Of a DNA stretch of 64,000 nucleotides, positions 59,016-64,000 are shown piece by piece. The notes below the pieces were generated by a model, which made no database searches, was not told the DNA's origin, and saw only the letters and a program-made list of their open reading frames with translations. The number at the start of each line of letters is the position of its first letter. Position 1 is the first letter of the stretch. A program made the translations under genes and the position numbers. The stretch is from Auanema rhodensis. Lineage: Eukaryota; Animalia; Nematoda. Where the stretch lies: positions 10,788,001 through 10,852,000 of the forward strand of contig OZ059896.1 in assembly GCA_964057225.1 (NCBI GenBank). Reading direction: 5' to 3'.

Positions 59016-62000
59016 ATGTCGAATTCAACTCAAGCACGTTGCTATCCTGACGACCATCTGCTTCTTATGGGAAACCTAGAGAAATATATAAATAATGTTT
59101 GTTCTGATTCTTGAATAATGAAAAATAAAATAATGAAATCAAATTATTTGATACTATATGTTCATTAATTTATTTGATTTTTGATCAAATTTGGCTGTAT
59201 TTCTTAGATACTGTTGGCTTTTTTTTTGATGCAAAAGATATATCAAGCGTATATGATTAGTATATATAAATATAAGTTTATATATATATATATATATATA
59301 ACTATATATAAATATATATATATATATAAGTTTAAGTATACAATATAATATGGATTTAGTTTGAAAACTTTCGTTTAAATATCTGTATGCAATCATTCCT
59401 TGTGTGTCCAATTCTGACAGATAAATTGCTATTTAAAATATCTTCGTTGATGATACATCATTGACAGGAGACAAGCGAATTAAATTAGATGAAAAAAAGA
59501 CAAAAATTAGAAACTATTTTAGATTGAAGCATTTCACTTTTTACTTGGTAATAAATTAAACAATAAAATGAAAAAGTAATTAATTTAAATTGACAATTTT
59601 TTTCTTTTCAGTATATTTTTCCCATTCAATTCTTCATCACAGTTATTGGAAATCTGTTAACCATGTCAGTACTTTTAAGTGCTCATATGAGAAATAGGTA
59701 AGAATAGAACTCATTTTTATTTTTTAAAACAAACAACAAGTAATAGAAATTATATATAATAAACAAAAAAAAACATAATAACGTCATATTTAATTCTCTT
59801 AATGTGATGTTTGACGTTCAACCATTTGCAACATCAATTGAATAAGTTTAAAAATAATTCGTATTTAACTATATACATATTATTGATAATTAATAATCAT
59901 ATTTATATTATTTATTCTATTTTTCTGCAACTTTTCGTATATACATATATACATATTAATAGTATATAGTTGCATATGTGATTCTTAATGCGGTAAATAC
60001 AAAAGGAAAGTAATAATTCGATCATTTTTTACTTCAGTGATCGCCAAATTCAAAAAATGTCTTGTAAAGATGAAATAAAAAATGGAAAAAAGAAATCTCT
60101 TTATTTTCAGGGCCAACCATATACTCGCATGCTTAGCATTATGCGATATTTTGGTTTTTGCCATGATGTTTTCACACTACTTGGCTTCAATTGATCTTTT
60201 TTCAAGGAGTGTGGATTTTCGATTATTCCATTTTCATACAAAAGTACATTTTGCTGCTTTAACCAATTGGTTTTCAGCTGCAGCTATATGGTTCTAATAA
60301 TTTTTTTTTCAAAAAAAAAAAACAAATAAAAGTATTTTAGGTTTATATTGGCAGTATCAATTGAACGTTTAATGATTATTAAATATCCATTTAGATCATT
60401 AGAAGGATATAATGTATGTTATTATTATTATTCAAAAATAAATAAAAATTATATTTTTATAGAGTAAAAGGGTAGTTTTACTCACTTCATCTATATTTGC
60501 TGTTACATTTATTCTTACTAGGTATTTAATTATATATTATATACAGTATACAGTATACTATACAGTCATGTTGCTATGAAAGTCGGACACTCCCCTTTTT
60601 GAGGCTTCAGAAAGCCACTTCAAACTACAAAAAAACAGTTCTAGATCTTTGTAGTTTGTGTAAAAAGATACACATGTATCTAGTGAGTGTCCGAGGTTTA
60701 TCGCACATCACTGTATATATAAACATACATTTAGTTAATTATATAATATAATTTATAGTTATCATCATGTATCTCACACATGTATGGCTTGGATAGTATG
60801 TAACAATACTCAAGCTGTTGGAATATGCTTTCCTAATGTAATGGACTCATTCGGAAAACGTCCAAATCCGACATCATCACTTGTCAAAACTTGGATTAAT
60901 ATTTCCGTTTATTTGAATGCTGGTTTTGCAGTTTTACTTCCAATAATAGCTGTAGCTATCATTAATATTTCGTTGATACGATTATTGAAACGGAGAAATA
61001 ATGAGGTGAGAAAATTTCTTTTTTCAGATTCTTTGTATGAAAATTTGATTTTTTTAAGGAATTAATTATGAATAATGTTAGTTTAAATTCAACAACTTTA
61101 CATGAACAAGAAAAGAAAATGACAAATACTGTATTAGCAATCGTTTCATGTTTTTCTTTAACTCAAGGACCATCAGCTTTAGTTTTTACATTACATCGTT
61201 TATACCCAAATGCTCCGTAAGTTTGTATATATGCATAAAAGTCTATTTTTTTTTAATTTCAGTGCTATGAGAGATATATCAATAATAGCAAATCAATTGG
61301 TCTTAACAGGAAAAATGTTAAATGTTGTTCTATTCTGTTTAACATCTGAAAGCTTCCGCAAGAAAATGATGCATACATGTCGATGTTGGATGCTAATGAT
61401 TTTCTATTGTGATCGTTCAAAAGCTCGGTATGCATCTATATCTATATATTATATAATAATATATAATTAAAATAATTAGTTTTGTTACTGTATTGAACAA
61501 AAAATATTTTTTTTTACCAAAACGAATGAAATGTTCAATATTCGTATTGACTTTCTCTACATGAAAATGTAAATTTTGTGTAAAAAAATTCACTTTTCTA
61601 TCTTGTGATATTGATTTAAAACACGAAAGTATAGTTATATTTCTAGTTATAAAAATAGTATTGAAAGAAAAAATAATTATTAAGCAACAAATGTTTTCTA
61701 AAGGCTTATCTTTTTTTTTTCTTTTTATGAATAAGCATAATAAAAAGAAAAGCTGTAGATTATATCAAAAATAAAATTATAATTTGATAAATAGAGTCAA
61801 AAAAACATAATTGATTCACATCGTCATCTCACTTTAAACATCTTCATTCTTTAAAAAAAAATGAAATTATTTTAATATATCTGATATGCTTAAAGATTAT
61901 AATAATCACACAAAAATATATTAAATCTATCTTATGAAAACAATAATAAGTTTATATGAGGAAGTAAAATATATTTTACTATATAACATATAATATTCTT

Positions 62001-62201
62001 TTAAAATTTATTAATTTTAGATGGAGAATATCTCGTGAACAATCAAAATCTATTGTAACACAGAAGACTTCAATCGTGTATTCACCGTCAGGAAGAACTC
62101 GACGTGTATCAGCTTTATCGGATTCCATTTCAATGCGAACACAAGTACAACGTGATATATCTGATTCACCTCTTGTATCCTCCAGAAGTCAAAATTCATA
62201 A
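59016..62201 (+). CDS. Class A peptide-type GPCR (FMRFamide/myosuppressin-receptor-like nematode group)
   Basis: YIFPIQFFITVIGNLLTMSVLLSAHMRNRANHILACLALCD, NWFSAAAIWFILAVSIERLMIIKYPF, FAVLLPIIAVAIIN, CFSLTQGPSA and TGKMLNVVLFCLTSESFRKK. Confidence 0.88.
60563..60713. mobile_element. 151-bp Tc1/mariner-type MITE in a GPCR intron
   Basis: Imperfect ~30-bp TIRs (CAGTCATGTTGCTATGAAAGTCGGACACTC vs reverse complement CAGTGATGTGCGATAAACCTCGGACACTC) flanked by TA on both sides. Confidence 0.75.
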
Positions 62202-62644
62202 ATATTTATTTCAAGATATCATTTATGTACAATTTGTTTTTTTTTTTTTTTGATTAATTAGTTACAAATTATTTTTATAAAAATCTGTTATTTCTCTTAT
62301 CCAACTGATACTTTCATCAATTTCATACACAATTTTCGCTTTTGTTTTTTAATAATACATGTATATGTACAAACAATCATTTTAATTATTTTAATTTATA
62401 GTCTATATCTAGAAAGATTTTCTCCTATTGTTTTTTTTTATATTTAAAACTAATTATTCTATTATATACTTATTTAATATTTATTTATCATTTTTATAAA
62501 ATGATATTCATGTATGTACATGCTTGCATATTATTTTCATTCTCTTTTGTTTTTTTTTTCAATTAAATACATTATTTTTTTTTAATTTATTACTTTTCTT
62601 CTTGTTGGCGATGAAAGATATTTTTTACAATTTTCAACTTTTTT

Positions 62645-64000
62645 TTACTCGTCAATACCCTGAACTGAATGAAGTTTTTGTGTTTCTGTTCTGTCCTGTG
62701 ATCGATTCTCACGAATCGGAGCATTAGATCCACGACGTGAACGCAATGTGCGCATCGAACCTCTAGTATCGGCTGATGAACTGAAGGCAAATTCCGATAA
62801 CCGTTTGCCAAAGCTGCTTCGCGTTAACTGGAATAGGAAAATTTAAAAATTCAAAAGTTTTGGGAAATAATGTTATAGATACGATGAAACACATACTCGT
62901 GGAAATTTTTTGAGCAGCATGACGAAACATTTCCGCCGAAAATATTCTGATGATAGACAGAACAGAATAAAATTAATTGTTTTGCCTGTTACAACTAAAC
63001 TGTTCGTTATACTAAAAATAGCTTTATGAAATCATATCAATAATATATATAAAATACCTGAAAACACTATAAAATGTTGTTCCGAGATGGCCGTAGCCTT
63101 CTAGAAGCTCCCAAATTACCATAACTGCTGATGGGCCTTGGGTCAGTGAAAAGCATAATCCAATGGCAATGACGGTTACAGTAACTTTTTGGCGTTGTTT
63201 CTGAAATTAAAATGAATTTAAGTAAAAAGAAACGAATTAAGATGATAAGCTTAACATGTTGATTGCGATTAAGAGGTCCACCACGTGCAGCTTCCCATTC
63301 AGCTAGGCTTGAATCAGAATTTCGAAGTTCTCGTATCATTAATATATTTAATAAAATAACGACAAGAATTGGAATGAATACAACCTAAAATGTGTTTTTT
63401 GAATATTTGAAATAATAAATGAGAATATACTAGAACAGCATTAAATATGGTTGATACTCTCATATATAACTTCTTTACAGGACTTGGAAAAATCTAGAAA
63501 TTAATCAAATTACTTAAATTACTTGAATTAACAGTTATAAATATATAAAAATAAGAATAAAATAAAATAATTTACTTACTATATCAATTTTTTTGTAAGT
63601 TCGTGGATGTTGATCACCAGCATAGTAACAAAAATCATAAAGTTGTGTACCATTGCAAAATGTCATGATTTCACAGTCGTATTCAAAATGATGATAAACA
63701 GTTAGTAAGCCTGTAAAAATATTTTTAAATTATAATTATATTCATATAACTTTTAAAAAAAGAAAGAATTACCTGTAGCAAAGAAGATAGAGCTTAATAC
63801 AAGAACCATCTTACCCCGTTGCCAATATAACTTGGAACGTAATGGCTGACGAATAATAAGAAATCGTTCAATTGAAACAGCTAATATAAGCCTATAATAA
63901 AGAAGTTATTCATATTTTTCAAATATAATAAATGAACCAAATAGCAGCTGCACTCATCCAATTGGCTACAGCAGCTATATGTTGTTTACTTTTCAAATAA
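62645..64000 (-). CDS. Second peptide-type GPCR of the same family (5' end outside the window)
   Basis: NWMSAAAIWLILAVSIERFLIIRQPL, VVFIPILVVILLN, CFSLTQGPSA and VVTGKTINFILFCLSSEYFRRK; ends VQGIDE*. Confidence 0.88.

Overview
AT-rich, intron-dense eukaryotic DNA from a nematode, probably rhabditid-like. It has ~45-60 nt introns, AG acceptors just upstream of many ATGs (consistent with SL trans-splicing) and many recognisable C. elegans-like genes. Spliced by eye, the genes in order are: mksr-2/B9D2 (with an X-box), a GT14 core-2/I-branching GlcNAc-transferase, an equilibrative nucleoside transporter, mcm-2, lin-52, a secreted Pro/Cys-repeat protein, a 17.5-kb tandem array, pat-6 (parvin), ddx-46/PRP5, a small D-box/CDK-site protein, an RPAP1-like gene, glf-1 (UDP-galactopyranose mutase), a delta-9 desaturase, a coiled-coil protein and two convergent peptide-type GPCRs. 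The standout is the array at 13493-31021: ten head-to-tail units, each holding an intact two-exon, TATA-driven gene for a secreted acidic Ser/Thr/Asp/Pro protein plus the 3' end of pat-6. The non-repeat DNA of the units looks identical, but the internal 48-bp (16-aa) modules vary in number (5-12) and order, giving 8 distinct proteins from 10 copies. This is a candidate hypervariable, combinatorially shuffled secreted-protein system. A 75-bp piece of pat-6 brackets the array as a direct repeat. All exon structures are manual, unverified predictions; no database searches were run.
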